Part shown: positions 27,838 to 38,521 of the stretch, in pieces
Layout: every line of letters begins with the position of its first letter
Position numbering within the stretch: position 1 is the first letter of the stretch
Sequence record: DRR378314_1035
Reading direction: 5' to 3' (one strand)
Length of the DNA stretch: 62,640 nt
Translations under genes and position numbers: made by a program
The notes under the pieces: model-generated
Databases searched by the model: none
What the model was told of the DNA's origin: nothing
The model's input: the letters and a program-made list of their open reading frames with translations, nothing else

Positions 27838-30066
27838 CTAGCCAGCATAAAACTTTAATAGACTTGGCACATCTAATATCAATGCAATTCCACCATCAGA
27901 GGTGATTGTAGCCCCCGCCATACCTGGCGTGCCTTGTAATAGAGCATCTAATGGTTTTATTACTACTTCTTCTTGGCCGATTAATGAATCAACAACAAAA
28001 CCCACTTTCTGAGTACCTATTTGAACAATAACAACATGCCCTTGCGCTTTTCGTTGTGATCTATCTGCACCTTTAATCAACCAGTGCTCCAAGTAAAACA
28101 ATGGAATTGCCTTCTTACGGACTATGATTGTTAACTGCCCATCAACGACATTAGTTTGTGTTAAGTCTAAATGAAATATTTCGCTTACACCTGCAAGCGG
28201 TAGGGCAAATGTTTGCTCACCAACAACAACCATTAAGGTCGGTAAGATTGCTAACGTAAGCGGTACTTTTATCTCAAGTATGGTACCTACACCCAGTTCA
28301 GACTGAATACTTACAGAACCATTAAGCTGATTAATTTTAGTCTTAACAACATCCATACCGACACCGCGGCCTGAAATATCAGAAATCTCTTCTTTAGTTG
28401 AGAACCCTGGTGCGAAAATTAGGTTATATGCTTCGGTATCTGACAAGCGACTTGCTTGCTCATGATCAAGTACGCCTTTACTGATTGCTATTTTCTTCAG
28501 TTTTTCAGCATCCATACCTGCACCATCATCACGGATAGTAAGCAGTATATGATCACCTTCTTGAGATGCTGATAATGTCACGCTACCTGTTCTTGATTTA
28601 CCTGCTGCTTCACGAACATCAGGCATCTCGATACCGTGGTCAACCGAGTTTCTCACCAAGTGAACTAAAGGATCAGCCAATGCTTCCACTAAATTTTTAT
28701 CTAAATCTGTGTCTTCACCAACTAGCAATAGATTGATGTCTTTTTTCAAACTTCTTGCTAAGTCACGAACAACTCGAGGAAACCGACCGAAAACCTTTTT
28801 GATTGGCTGCATGCGGGTTTTCATTACCGCGCCTTGCAGGTCAGCTGTGACAACATCTAAATTAGAAATTGCCTTCCCCATCACTTCGTTATTAGTATTT
28901 GTTGCTAAGCTAACCAAGCGATTTCTGACCAATACAAGTTCACCAACCATATTCATGATTTCGTCTAGGCGTTTTGTATCCACCCTAACGGTTGTTTCAG
29001 CTTGAGGTGGTGGTGGCTTTTTAGCAGCACTAGCTGTCGAAGGTGCTGGTGCAGCTGGCTTTTCAGCAGCTTTCGGAGCGGCTGGTGTGGCCGGCTTACT
29101 AACTGGTGCAGGCTTTTGAACAGCTTCTTTAGGGGGCTCTGGTTTTTTTGCTACAGGTTGTTCAACTGCATTTGCATTCTCTGCAACTGCTTTAGGTGCT
29201 GAACCTTTACCATGAAGTTCATCAAGTAAAGCCTCAAATTCATCATCGCTTATGTCGTCACCAGATTCATCACTAACTGAACTTTTTGATTCAGCTGGTT
29301 TAACTTGTTGCCCAGTTGCCGGGGCATTATCTACAGCAACTTCACCAAAGCTCCCTACACCATGCAATTCATCTAATAAATTATCAAATTCATCATCTGT
29401 TATGTCATTACCAGATGAGCTCGGTTGAGTTGGAGCACTTTCAGTAATTGGGCTTTGGCCTTTACCATGCAATTCGTCGAGTAAGCTTTCGAATTCATCT
29501 TCGGTAATTTCATCAATGTTGTCTTCTGTTGAGCTATTATCTACTTCACCATTAAATAGCTCATCAAAGGCAAACGGATCTTCATCATTAACACTGGGTT
29601 CTTCCGTTGCAGGTTCTTCTGCTGGTGCGGCTGCAACTGTATCTGGCACTGAAACAGGGTCGTTTTCATCATCACTTGGGGGCTGACTTAATTTATGTAA
29701 TACAGCTAACAGTTCAGGGTCTGCTGGTGCAGGCTGTTCACGATTTTGAATAGTCGCGAACATTTCATTAATGGTATCAAGCGCCTGAAGTATAACATCC
29801 ATGAGCTCTGAGTTGACTGTCCGTACACCTTGGCGCAGCAAATCAAATACGTTTTCAGCACCATGGCAAGCATCAACAAGTTCGGTCATGCTTAAAAAAC
29901 CAGCACCGCCTTTAACTGTGTGAAAGCCGCGGAATATCGCATTCAGTAAATCGGTATCATCCGGATTATTTTCAAGCTCTACTAGCTGTTCTGATAAAAG
30001 CTCAAGGATTTCTCCAGCCTCAACTAGAAAATCCTGTAAAATGTCTTCATCGACTTCAAAGCTCAT
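27838..30066 (-). CDS. cheA: Chemotaxis histidine kinase CheA
   Basis: Hpt IFRGFHTVKGGAGF, TVRVDT dimerisation domain, HLVRNSVDHGIE, DDGAG, GFST...SGRGVGMDVV, C-terminal CheW-like domain. Confidence 0.98.
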   Translation of the reverse strand: MSFEVDEDILQDFLVEAGEILELLSEQLVELENNPDDTDLLNAIFRGFHTVKGGAGFLSMTELVDACHGAENVFDLLRQGVRTVNSELMDVILQALDTINEMFATIQNREQPAPADPELLAVLHKLSQPPSDDENDPVSVPDTVAAAPAEEPATEEPSVNDEDPFAFDELFNGEVDNSSTEDNIDEITEDEFESLLDELHGKGQSPITESAPTQPSSSGNDITDDEFDNLLDELHGVGSFGEVAVDNAPATGQQVKPAESKSSVSDESGDDISDDEFEALLDELHGKGSAPKAVAENANAVEQPVAKKPEPPKEAVQKPAPVSKPATPAAPKAAEKPAAPAPSTASAAKKPPPPQAETTVRVDTKRLDEIMNMVGELVLVRNRLVSLATNTNNEVMGKAISNLDVVTADLQGAVMKTRMQPIKKVFGRFPRVVRDLARSLKKDINLLLVGEDTDLDKNLVEALADPLVHLVRNSVDHGIEMPDVREAAGKSRTGSVTLSASQEGDHILLTIRDDGAGMDAEKLKKIAISKGVLDHEQASRLSDTEAYNLIFAPGFSTKEEISDISGRGVGMDVVKTKINQLNGSVSIQSELGVGTILEIKVPLTLAILPTLMVVVGEQTFALPLAGVSEIFHLDLTQTNVVDGQLTIIVRKKAIPLFYLEHWLIKGADRSQRKAQGHVVIVQIGTQKVGFVVDSLIGQEEVVIKPLDALLQGTPGMAGATITSDGGIALILDVPSLLKFYAG
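29203..29514 (-). repeat. Three 19-aa acidic repeats in the CheA linker
   Basis: DEITEDEFESLLDELHGKG (29458-29514), NDITDDEFDNLLDELHGVG (29353-29409), DDISDDEFEALLDELHGKG (29203-29259). Confidence 0.9.
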
Positions 30067-30080
30067 GCAGTGCTCTCCTC

Positions 30081-30848
30081 TTAGAAGCCCAAACTTGACA
30101 ATAAATCGTCAACATCATCTTGCCCATTGACTACATCATCTCGCGATTCTTTATCAATAATTGGTCCTTCAGGACCGGCAAGTGTATCTTGTGCAGGCGG
30201 TGTTACGGCTTCGGCAGGTGTTTTTATTTTTTCACCACCAAGCTCGTGGCTACCAAAAGCGGTAAGTAAATGAATTAGGCTGTCTTCAACTTCTCTAACT
30301 AATTCAATAACCCTTCGTATAACTTGACCTGTTAAATCTTGAAAATCTTGTGCCATTAACACGTTTGTCATCAAGCCCTGTAACTCATCTGTTTTTGTAT
30401 GAGAATGGCTCATAAATTTATCTAAACTATGACAAAGTGTTTTAAACTCACCAAGCTCAATTTCACGACTCATTAGACGATCCCAAGTTGGCTTGATGTG
30501 AGCAATCTCATCTGCTAATTCTTGCGCTATTGGTAAACTTGCTTCAACCGCGTCCATCGTTTTATTGGCAGCATTTTCAGTCATTTCCATGACATAGTTT
30601 AAACGCTGTTTTGCATCTGGAAGTGCATCTGTCGTCAAATCCGATAAGCGCGTATCAAGTTCAAAGTTTTTTAACGCATCATGCAGTTGACGCGTTAACT
30701 TACCCACTTCAGCAAACAACTCAGATTGCTCTTGAGAAGCCGCATCAATAATTAGCTGGTCAGCTTTTTCTTGTTCGCCATTTTCAAGGTAAACAACAAG
30801 CTGACGGGCTTGTTCTAAACTGATCTGAGGCGCAGCAAGTGCTGACAT
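30081..30848 (-). CDS. cheZ: CheY-P phosphatase CheZ
   Basis: EVGKLTRQLHD, MAQDFQDLTGQVI, C-terminal QDDVDDLLSSLGF. Confidence 0.97.
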   Translation of the reverse strand: MSALAAPQISLEQARQLVVYLENGEQEKADQLIIDAASQEQSELFAEVGKLTRQLHDALKNFELDTRLSDLTTDALPDAKQRLNYVMEMTENAANKTMDAVEASLPIAQELADEIAHIKPTWDRLMSREIELGEFKTLCHSLDKFMSHSHTKTDELQGLMTNVLMAQDFQDLTGQVIRRVIELVREVEDSLIHLLTAFGSHELGGEKIKTPAEAVTPPAQDTLAGPEGPIIDKESRDDVVNGQDDVDDLLSSLGF

Positions 30849-30865
30849 AAGCCTCTCCTATTTAT

Positions 30866-31249
30866 TTAGCCTAGGCGCTCGAACACTTTTTCCAATTTGG
30901 TTTTCAGTGTTGCGGCAGTAAATGGTTTTACAATGTAGCCGTTAACGCCGGCTTGAGCAGCAGCAACAATTTGTTCTTTTTTAGCTTCTGCTGTCACCAT
31001 TAACACAGGGATATGTTTAAGCGTTCCATCAGCTCTGATAGCACGTAATAAATCAATACCTTGCATACCCGGCATATTCCAATCGGTTACAACAAAATCA
31101 AATTCTTGATTTTGTAACATGGGTAAAGCTGTTGAACCATCGTCAGCTTCTTGTACATTTGTAAAGCCTAAATCTCTTAAAAGATTTTTGATGATACGTC
31201 TCATCGTCGAAAAATCATCAACAACAAGAATTTTCATGTTTTTATCCAA
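30866..31249 (-). CDS. cheY: Chemotaxis response regulator CheY
   Basis: [30 protein letters not shown]. Confidence 0.98.
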   Translation of the reverse strand: MDKNMKILVVDDFSTMRRIIKNLLRDLGFTNVQEADDGSTALPMLQNQEFDFVVTDWNMPGMQGIDLLRAIRADGTLKHIPVLMVTAEAKKEQIVAAAQAGVNGYIVKPFTAATLKTKLEKVFERLG

Positions 31250-31289
31250 AACATCCTCCGGTGAGGTCTGAACCTATATTTACTTACTT

Positions 31290-32024
31290 CTAGTTTATCC
31301 AGTCATTGATTTTTGCTTTTAGCTTAATCATCGCCTGACCATGTATCTGGCTCACACGCGATTCACTAACATCGAGTATGTGCCCAATTTCTTTTAAATT
31401 CATTTCATCATTGTAGTATAGCGAGAGCACAAGCCCATCCCGCTCTGGCAAAGACTTTATTGCAGCTAACAAGGATTCATTAAAACGTTCATTCTTAACG
31501 TTATTAAAGGGCTTGTCCAGTGCAAAATCTTGACCAACAGGAGTTATAACATCTTCATCAACTCCTAAATCCTCAATGCCTAGTACTTTACTCGAATTTA
31601 CATCACTAAGGATATGATGGTACTCATCAAGCGTAATATCAAGTTTTTCAGCAACTTCAAAGTCTTTAGGTTCACGGTTTAGCTCGCTTTCTAACCCTGA
31701 AATTGCTTCTGCCACCATTCGACTGTTCCGATGAACCGAGCGTGGAGCCCAGTCACCACGGCGCATTTCATCAAGCATCGCACCACGAATTCTTATGCCA
31801 GCAAAGGTTTCAAAGCTGGCACCTTTTGAGGTATCGAAATTTTTTGACGCTTCAATCAATCCAATCATACCAGCTTGTATTAAATCATCTAGTTGCACGC
31901 TTGGAGGTAAACGCGCAATGAGATGACATGCCACTTTCTTAACTAATGAAGCATGTTTCTCAATAATTGCATTTAAGTTTACTGTTGATTGATATCCCAT
32001 CGCTTTATTCACCGATGCAGTCAT
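31290..32024 (-). CDS. fliA: RNA polymerase sigma-28 factor
   Basis: DDLIQAGMIGL, RIRGAMLDEMRRGDWAPRSV, LKEIG..L.VSESRVSQIH; the start may be GTG 32012. Confidence 0.97.
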   Translation of the reverse strand: MTASVNKAMGYQSTVNLNAIIEKHASLVKKVACHLIARLPPSVQLDDLIQAGMIGLIEASKNFDTSKGASFETFAGIRIRGAMLDEMRRGDWAPRSVHRNSRMVAEAISGLESELNREPKDFEVAEKLDITLDEYHHILSDVNSSKVLGIEDLGVDEDVITPVGQDFALDKPFNNVKNERFNESLLAAIKSLPERDGLVLSLYYNDEMNLKEIGHILDVSESRVSQIHGQAMIKLKAKINDWIN

Positions 32025-32026
32025 AG

Positions 32027-32887
32027 TTAGCCGTTTACTAATTTTTCTATGAAGAACTCTAAATGGCCTGATGGTTGATTAGGTATAGGCCATTTTACTG
32101 CTTTTGTCGCTAATGTTTTAAATGCAACCGCTGCTGGAGAGTTAGGAAATAACTCTACAATGACCTTTTGTCGACGAGTAGATTTACGCATATTCTCATC
32201 ATATGGCACGGTTGCAACCAGCTCCATTGAAACATCTAAAAAGCGATCTGTTACTTTGGAAAGTTTGGCAAATAGTTCATGGCCTTCGCGCATGCTGCGC
32301 ACCATATTGGCAACTATTTTAAATTTGTACACACCATGCTCACGACTGAGCACTTTGATTAGTGCGTAAGCATCTGTTATTGAAGTCGGTTCATCGCAAA
32401 CAACAACCATGACGTCTTGCGCTGCGCGAGAAAAGCTCAGCACCATGTCAGAAATACCTGCGGCAGTATCAACAATTAAAATATCAAACTCAGTGCTCAA
32501 CTCACTAAATGCACGAATTAATCCAGCATGCTCTGAAGGTGACAACTCGACCATGCTTTGAGAACCAGAAGTCGCAGGGACTATTTTTATACCTGCTGGC
32601 CCTTCAACTAAAATTTCGTCAAGCTCACACTCTCCAGAGAGAACATGAGACAAGTTCCGCTCTACGCGTAAACCAAGCATCACATCGCAATTAGCTAAGC
32701 CTAAATCGGCATCCAGTACTAAAACCCTATTACCTAATTGGCCTAAAGCTATTGCAGTATTAAGTGATACATTAGTTTTACCTACACCACCCTTACCACC
32801 AGTAACAGCGATAACCTTTACACTGTTATTATTGTTTTGACTCATCTTTCGCAGGCCACTTGCTTGATCTAATACTGTGTTAATCAT
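32027..32887 (-). CDS. flhG: Flagellar number regulator FlhG/FleN (MinD-like ATPase)
   Basis: DQASGLR N-terminal motif, GGKGGVGKT, DADLGLAN, EPTSITDAYA. Confidence 0.96.
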   Translation of the reverse strand: MINTVLDQASGLRKMSQNNNNSVKVIAVTGGKGGVGKTNVSLNTAIALGQLGNRVLVLDADLGLANCDVMLGLRVERNLSHVLSGECELDEILVEGPAGIKIVPATSGSQSMVELSPSEHAGLIRAFSELSTEFDILIVDTAAGISDMVLSFSRAAQDVMVVVCDEPTSITDAYALIKVLSREHGVYKFKIVANMVRSMREGHELFAKLSKVTDRFLDVSMELVATVPYDENMRKSTRRQKVIVELFPNSPAAVAFKTLATKAVKWPIPNQPSGHLEFFIEKLVNG

Positions 32888-34385
32888 ACATCCCTACTGT
32901 GCTTGACGCTACTGCTTGACGTCTTGAATGTTGTACTTTTGTTCTTTTTAAATATAACTGTTCTGCTTTTTTAACCAATTTTTCAGCATTTGCGACACGA
33001 ATATCTTCAGGAACTCGCTGACCATTAGTAAGATACCCTATTGGGAGGCGATTTTGAATCGCTATGCTAATAATCTCGCCTAAACTAAGCGATTCATCCA
33101 ACTTTGTGAAAATACAGCCACTTAGCTGAACTTTTTTAAAGTGCCTTACGGTTTCTTGCAGTACGTTAATTTGTGCTGTAGCGCTTAATACTAAATAACT
33201 ACGAATATCAACGCGCTGATTACGCATTAGTGTGTTTAGTTGCTCAGTTAACCGTAAGTCTCGTTGGCTCATTCCTGCTGTGTCTATTAATACTAGTCGC
33301 TTATTTCGTAAATGGTATAAAACTTCTGCTAATTCATTAGCATCTTTTACTTGTTTTACGCCACAACCAATAATTCGGCCATAAGTTGCAAGTTGCTCAT
33401 ATGCACCAATACGGTATGTATCTGTCGTAATTAACGCTACTTTATCTGCGCCATACTTTTGCGCGCCCAATGCAGCCAATTTGGCTACTGTCGTAGTTTT
33501 ACCCACACCTGTAGGCCCAACTAAAGCATAAACACCGCCTTGACGTAAAATTTCATTATTTGTTGTGTGCATTTGGTTTTCAACCATTTGCAGTAACGCT
33601 TTCCATGCCTCTTGACGAGATACATCATCAGGAATAAAACACGCCATTTGCTCTGCAACATCATGCTCGATACCCATGCCTACCAAGCGGTCAATCATAC
33701 AAGCTCGTGTAGGGTCACGACGCGCCATATCTTGTTGCATTAAACCTGAAACTTGGTGTTCAAGTAGTTGTCGGATTGCATTCATTTCATCACGCATGGA
33801 AGTCATTTCATCACTTTGCGGATTTGCTGCGCTTGTATGCGATTGCATAGGAGCGTCTAAATCATCAAAGTCACTTTCTAACTCATCATCAAAACCTAAG
33901 CTATGAGCCTGAGTACGAACCTTAGGGGTTGGCTCTCTACGGGCAAAATCTGGATGAGCCTGTGGTTCATTAACAGATCTAGTTGGCTCAGAGTATCTAA
34001 GCTGCTGATGCGTTTCTTGTGATTGAAACTGCGTCGAGGTATCAATACCCGATTGATTGAACATTGACGCAAGCTCAGGAGAACGAGGGCGAGGTGATTG
34101 ACGCTCAAGCAATGCTTGTAAACTGTCAGCAACCGCAGCCTGTGGTTCTTGTGGAGCACGTTTAGGCGCTGGCTTTATAAAATTATTAGGGTTGCTTTGT
34201 GCTTGAGCCGCTGGCTGAGGAGTTGACTCTTGTGGTGCAGCTTTGTCGTAATCAACAGCAGCAACAATCTCAACGCCATTAGCCAGCTTTTTATTTGACA
34301 TAATAACCGCATCAACACCTAGTTCATCTTTAACTTCTTTTAGTGCGGTACGCATATCTTTAGCAAAAAAACGTTTTATTTTCAT
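32880..34385 (-). CDS. flhF: SRP-family GTPase FlhF
   Basis: MKIKRFFAKDMR, GPTGVGKTT, DTYRIGA, DTAG, TKLDE, GQRVPED. Confidence 0.97.
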   Translation of the reverse strand: MKIKRFFAKDMRTALKEVKDELGVDAVIMSNKKLANGVEIVAAVDYDKAAPQESTPQPAAQAQSNPNNFIKPAPKRAPQEPQAAVADSLQALLERQSPRPRSPELASMFNQSGIDTSTQFQSQETHQQLRYSEPTRSVNEPQAHPDFARREPTPKVRTQAHSLGFDDELESDFDDLDAPMQSHTSAANPQSDEMTSMRDEMNAIRQLLEHQVSGLMQQDMARRDPTRACMIDRLVGMGIEHDVAEQMACFIPDDVSRQEAWKALLQMVENQMHTTNNEILRQGGVYALVGPTGVGKTTTVAKLAALGAQKYGADKVALITTDTYRIGAYEQLATYGRIIGCGVKQVKDANELAEVLYHLRNKRLVLIDTAGMSQRDLRLTEQLNTLMRNQRVDIRSYLVLSATAQINVLQETVRHFKKVQLSGCIFTKLDESLSLGEIISIAIQNRLPIGYLTNGQRVPEDIRVANAEKLVKKAEQLYLKRTKVQHSRRQAVASSTVGMYD

Positions 34386-34408
34386 GGTTCACAACCCTTC
34401 TAAATCAA

Positions 34409-36517
34409 TTATTGGCCTACTGAGCTGACAATCTTGATCTGTCTTTCGTCTGGTACCTCTTGATAAGACATTACCCGTAAACCTGGGATGGTGTACTTAA
34501 CAAATCGAGATAACACAGTGCGTAACATTCCTGACGTTAGCAATATCGAAGGTTCACCGGCCATTTCTTGATTCTGATGCGCTTCAGTTAATGACTGTTG
34601 AAGTCGCTCTGCAAGTCCTGGTTCGATACCGGCACCCTCGTCGCCTGCATTTTGAAGTGACTGATGCAACATCTGTTCCAACTCAGGCGCCAAAGTTATG
34701 ACTGGGATTTCTGAAGACATACCTACCGCGTCTTGCACGATTAATCGACGCAATGAAATACGCACTGCAGCCGTTAGTACATCTGGGTCTTGGCTTCGCG
34801 GACCATACTCAACAAGAGTCTGAACAATTGAACGCATATCACGTATAGCAACTCCTTCGTTAAGTAAGTTTTGTAACACTTTAACCACTGTAGTTAGTGG
34901 TAGCACGTCTGGCACAAGGCCTTCAACTAAACGCGGATGGCTTTTAGCAAGCATATCTAATAAATTTTGAACTTCTTCATGACCAAGTAAAAGCGCAGCG
35001 CTGTTAGTTAATAACTGACTAATATGTGTTGCAACAACAGTGGCTGCATCAACAACCGTGTAACCTAATGACTGTGCTTCATCTTTTTGATTCGCTTTGA
35101 TCCATACTGCATCCAAACCGAAAGCGGGATCTTTTGTTTCTATGCCCTTGATCGGGCCAAATACTTGACCAGGGTTGATTGCAAGCTCATCACCATGCTT
35201 AAGTTCACCTTCTCCACTTGATACGCCCATCATTGTTATTCTGTATGCATTAGGGTCTAACTCAAGATTATCGCGAATATGCACCGGCGGTACTAAAAAG
35301 CCAAGTTCTTGTGAAAGCTTTTTACGCACGCCTTTAATGCGATTCAACAGTTCACCGCCTTGCGATTGATCAACTAGCGGAATAAGGCGATAGCCTACTT
35401 CTAAACCAATAACATCGACTTGTTGAACATCATCCCAGCCAAGCTCTTTTTGTTCTTGTTTATTCGCAACGCCTGTTCCAGCAGGGCCACCGTTTGCAGC
35501 TTCTTCCTCTTTCGCCGCCGCTTCTTTAAGCTTATTTTGCTGCGTGTAATAAGCAAGGTAGCCTAGTAGTGCACCTAAACTTAAAAAGGCAAAATGTGGC
35601 ATGCCAGGTACTAAGCCCATTACGATTAAAATGCCAGATGCAATAAACAACGATTTCTCGTTGCCAAGCTGGCTTTTGAACTGATCGCCCATATTTAGCG
35701 ATTCATTTTGACGCGTTACAACTATTGCGGTACCGATTGATAAAAGTAAGGAAGGTAACTGAGCAACTAAACCATCACCAATGGTTAATAATGTGTACAC
35801 TTCCATTGCCCGACCAAATGAAAGGTCGTGTTGGATCATGCCAACAAATAAGCCACCAATAATATTAATAATTAAAATAACAATACCGGCTATCGCATCA
35901 CCTTTCACGAATTTACTCGCACCATCCATTGAGCCATAAAAATCCGCTTCTCGCGTTACTTCCTCACGGCGGTCTCGTGCTTGCTCTGCACTGATAAAAC
36001 CGGCATTTAGGTCAGCATCAATGGCCATTTGCTTACCTGGCATCGCATCGAGGGTAAAACGTGCTGATACTTCTGAAATACGTCCAGCGCCTTTGGTGAT
36101 TACAACAAAGTTTATAATGATAAGAATTAAGAATACGACAAGACCAACAGCATAGTTACCACCGATAACCACAGAGCCAAAGGCTTCAATTACCTTACCA
36201 GCAGCATCGCCGCCATTATGCCCTTCAAGTAATACCACCCGTGTACTGGCAACATTAAGCGCCAAACGCATAATTGTTGCGATAAGTAATACCGCAGGGA
36301 ACATACCAAAGTCGACCGGTTTCATGGTGTAAACAGTAACCAATAAAACCACTAAGGCGAGGGCTATATTAAACGAAAAAAGTATATCAAGTAAGAACGG
36401 GGGCAGTGGTAAAATAACCATACCTAGCGCAGCGAGCACTAATAAAGGCGTACCAACACCTTTTGCATACTCTTTCTTATCTTTATTAAGTTGTTGTAAT
36501 ACAGCTTTAAATTCCAT
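34409..36517 (-). CDS. flhA: Flagellar export gate protein FlhA
   Basis: FHIPEP family: RLALNVASTR, EVSARFTLDAMPGKQMAIDADL, FYGSMDGASKFVKGDA. Confidence 0.98.
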   Translation of the reverse strand: MEFKAVLQQLNKDKKEYAKGVGTPLLVLAALGMVILPLPPFLLDILFSFNIALALVVLLVTVYTMKPVDFGMFPAVLLIATIMRLALNVASTRVVLLEGHNGGDAAGKVIEAFGSVVIGGNYAVGLVVFLILIIINFVVITKGAGRISEVSARFTLDAMPGKQMAIDADLNAGFISAEQARDRREEVTREADFYGSMDGASKFVKGDAIAGIVILIINIIGGLFVGMIQHDLSFGRAMEVYTLLTIGDGLVAQLPSLLLSIGTAIVVTRQNESLNMGDQFKSQLGNEKSLFIASGILIVMGLVPGMPHFAFLSLGALLGYLAYYTQQNKLKEAAAKEEEAANGGPAGTGVANKQEQKELGWDDVQQVDVIGLEVGYRLIPLVDQSQGGELLNRIKGVRKKLSQELGFLVPPVHIRDNLELDPNAYRITMMGVSSGEGELKHGDELAINPGQVFGPIKGIETKDPAFGLDAVWIKANQKDEAQSLGYTVVDAATVVATHISQLLTNSAALLLGHEEVQNLLDMLAKSHPRLVEGLVPDVLPLTTVVKVLQNLLNEGVAIRDMRSIVQTLVEYGPRSQDPDVLTAAVRISLRRLIVQDAVGMSSEIPVITLAPELEQMLHQSLQNAGDEGAGIEPGLAERLQQSLTEAHQNQEMAGEPSILLTSGMLRTVLSRFVKYTIPGLRVMSYQEVPDERQIKIVSSVGQ

Positions 36518-36528
36518 AACCCTACAAT

Positions 36529-36542
36529 TTCAAAAAATTGAC
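36529..36542. promoter_or_regulatory. FleQ/FlrA-like box in the flhA leader
   Basis: TTCA-AAAAAT-TGAC, one mismatch from GTCA-N6-TGAC, downstream of the sigma54 site. Confidence 0.6.
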
Positions 36543-36555
36543 ACTGTACGGATTT

Positions 36556-36571
36556 TGCAATAACTATTCCA
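36556..36571 (-). promoter_or_regulatory. Sigma54 promoter of the flhA operon
   Basis: Minus strand TGGAATAGTTATTGCA, GG-N10-GC spacing. Confidence 0.8.
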
Positions 36572-36600
36572 AGTTACTGTCTTATAGAAATAAAGCACAC

Positions 36601-37731
36601 TTAGTATTTATAAGCATCTGGGATAGGTAGTGTTTTATTAAGCTCTGTAGGTCGCTTCCCACGCCCTTTTCGAAAGCGTTTTAACTGAAATACGTAAGCT
36701 AATACTTGTGCGACAGCGGTGAATAATTGATCAGGGATTTGCTCACCAACCTCAGCAGTATGATAAAGAGCGCGGGTTAGCATAGGCGACTCCACAACGG
36801 GTACTTCATTGCCTTTCGCAATTTTACGTATTTGCATTGCAAGCTCATCGACCCCCTTGGCAACGACGATAGGTGCCCCTGCACGCTCTGTATCGTATTT
36901 TAATGCAACAGAGTAATGGGTTGGGTTGGTTACTACAACATCGGCATCTGGCACGTCTTGCATCATCCTACGCTGTGACATTTGCCTTTGCGTTTGCCTT
37001 ATACGAGCTTTGATTTGAGGATCACCCTCTGAATTTTTATACTCATCTTTCACTTCTTGAAGGGTCATTTTAAGCTGTTTATGGTGGGTGTGGCTTTGGT
37101 AGGGTGCGTCAATTGCTGCAATAATAGTTAAAGTACACGTTAATCCCAAAAACATCCACGCCAAAATCTCAAGTGCATGGATAATGTTACCTGGTGCACT
37201 TTCGATACTTAAATGCAAAATCTCATCAAAAAAGGTGTTGATCAGAAATACTGCAAAACCAGCTACAACAGCAAACTTTAAAATTGATTTAACCAATTCA
37301 ACACCCGCTTGAGGACCGAACATCCGCTTGATCCCCTTAGCTGGTGACATTTTACTTGCCTTTGGTGCCGCTGCTTGCCAACTAAAATTAAAGCCGCCTA
37401 ATAGAGTGTTTCCGATAATACCCGCAAGAACAATAATAAATACAAACATAGCCATAGGAAAAATAAGCGCATCAGCAACTGCTCCCCATACGGAGAACAT
37501 TTTTGTTGTATCGTAGGTTTCATTGCGGTTTAAGCTGAGCATACGGCCCATAATATTATAAAGCCCCTTGCCAATTTCAGGGCCATACATCAATAAAGAA
37601 ATTGCAGAAAAAATCAATACAAACATAGTCCCGAGCTCTTTCGAGCGCGCTATTTGGCCCTTTTTCTTGGACTCTAAAATTTTCTTACTTGTGGGTTCTT
37701 CTGTTTTTTCTTGACCTGAATCTTCAGCCAT
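36601..37731 (-). CDS. flhB: Flagellar export switch FlhB
   Basis: QEKTEEPT, EVKDEYKNSEGDPQIK, NPTH autocleavage site. Confidence 0.98.
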   Translation of the reverse strand: MAEDSGQEKTEEPTSKKILESKKKGQIARSKELGTMFVLIFSAISLLMYGPEIGKGLYNIMGRMLSLNRNETYDTTKMFSVWGAVADALIFPMAMFVFIIVLAGIIGNTLLGGFNFSWQAAAPKASKMSPAKGIKRMFGPQAGVELVKSILKFAVVAGFAVFLINTFFDEILHLSIESAPGNIIHALEILAWMFLGLTCTLTIIAAIDAPYQSHTHHKQLKMTLQEVKDEYKNSEGDPQIKARIRQTQRQMSQRRMMQDVPDADVVVTNPTHYSVALKYDTERAGAPIVVAKGVDELAMQIRKIAKGNEVPVVESPMLTRALYHTAEVGEQIPDQLFTAVAQVLAYVFQLKRFRKGRGKRPTELNKTLPIPDAYKY

Positions 37732-37740
37732 AATGCGCTC

Positions 37741-38520
37741 CTAGGGTGAACAACCAACTAAAGTACACATTAACTCAACCATTTTTAACCACTGGAATTC
37801 ATATTGAGTAATAAAGTTTCCTAATGTTGCCCATATAATCACAAGACCAGCAACAAGGGTGAATGGAAAACCGATAGAAAAAATATTTAATTGAGGTGCA
37901 GCACGTGTCATTACGCCAAAAGACATGTTGATAACTAACATAGCGGTCAATGGTGCTAACGAAAGTACCAAAGCAGTCGTGAACATCCATCCACCCCATG
38001 TGACAATATCCCAATAATGGTCAACCGCCCACCAACTGCCATCAATCGGGAGGACATTAAAGCTATGAACGACCATTTGAATCATCATTAAATGACCGTT
38101 AAAGACAAAGAATAACAAAGTAGCTAGAATTAAATAGAATTGGCCGACTGCCGGTACACTCATACCGTTAGAAGGGTCAACAACAGAGGCGAAACCTAAA
38201 CCAGTTTGCATTGCTAATATTTGACCTGCAAGCACAAAGGTATTTAACATCAATAATGAAGCAAACCCAATTGCGATACCGATTAACATTTGTTGGATAA
38301 CAACAAGCAGCATTTGAAATGAAAACAAATCATTAAAACTAGCGGGAGGTAGTACAGGCACAACTAAAAAAGTAATAACAACAGCAAGCCCCATTTTTAT
38401 ACGGGTAGGTACATTTTTAGCGCCAATACCTGCCATTACCATAATCATCGAACTAATTCGGACCAGTGGTAATAAGAAGTCACTTAGCCACTGAATTATA
38501 ACTGAAAATGGGAAGTCCAT
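37741..38520 (-). CDS. fliR: Flagellar export protein FliR
   Basis: Polytopic; AGQILAMQTGLGFA, RAAPQLNIFSIGFP. Confidence 0.96.
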   Translation of the reverse strand: MDFPFSVIIQWLSDFLLPLVRISSMIMVMAGIGAKNVPTRIKMGLAVVITFLVVPVLPPASFNDLFSFQMLLVVIQQMLIGIAIGFASLLMLNTFVLAGQILAMQTGLGFASVVDPSNGMSVPAVGQFYLILATLLFFVFNGHLMMIQMVVHSFNVLPIDGSWWAVDHYWDIVTWGGWMFTTALVLSLAPLTAMLVINMSFGVMTRAAPQLNIFSIGFPFTLVAGLVIIWATLGNFITQYEFQWLKMVELMCTLVGCSP

Positions 38521-38521
38521 A

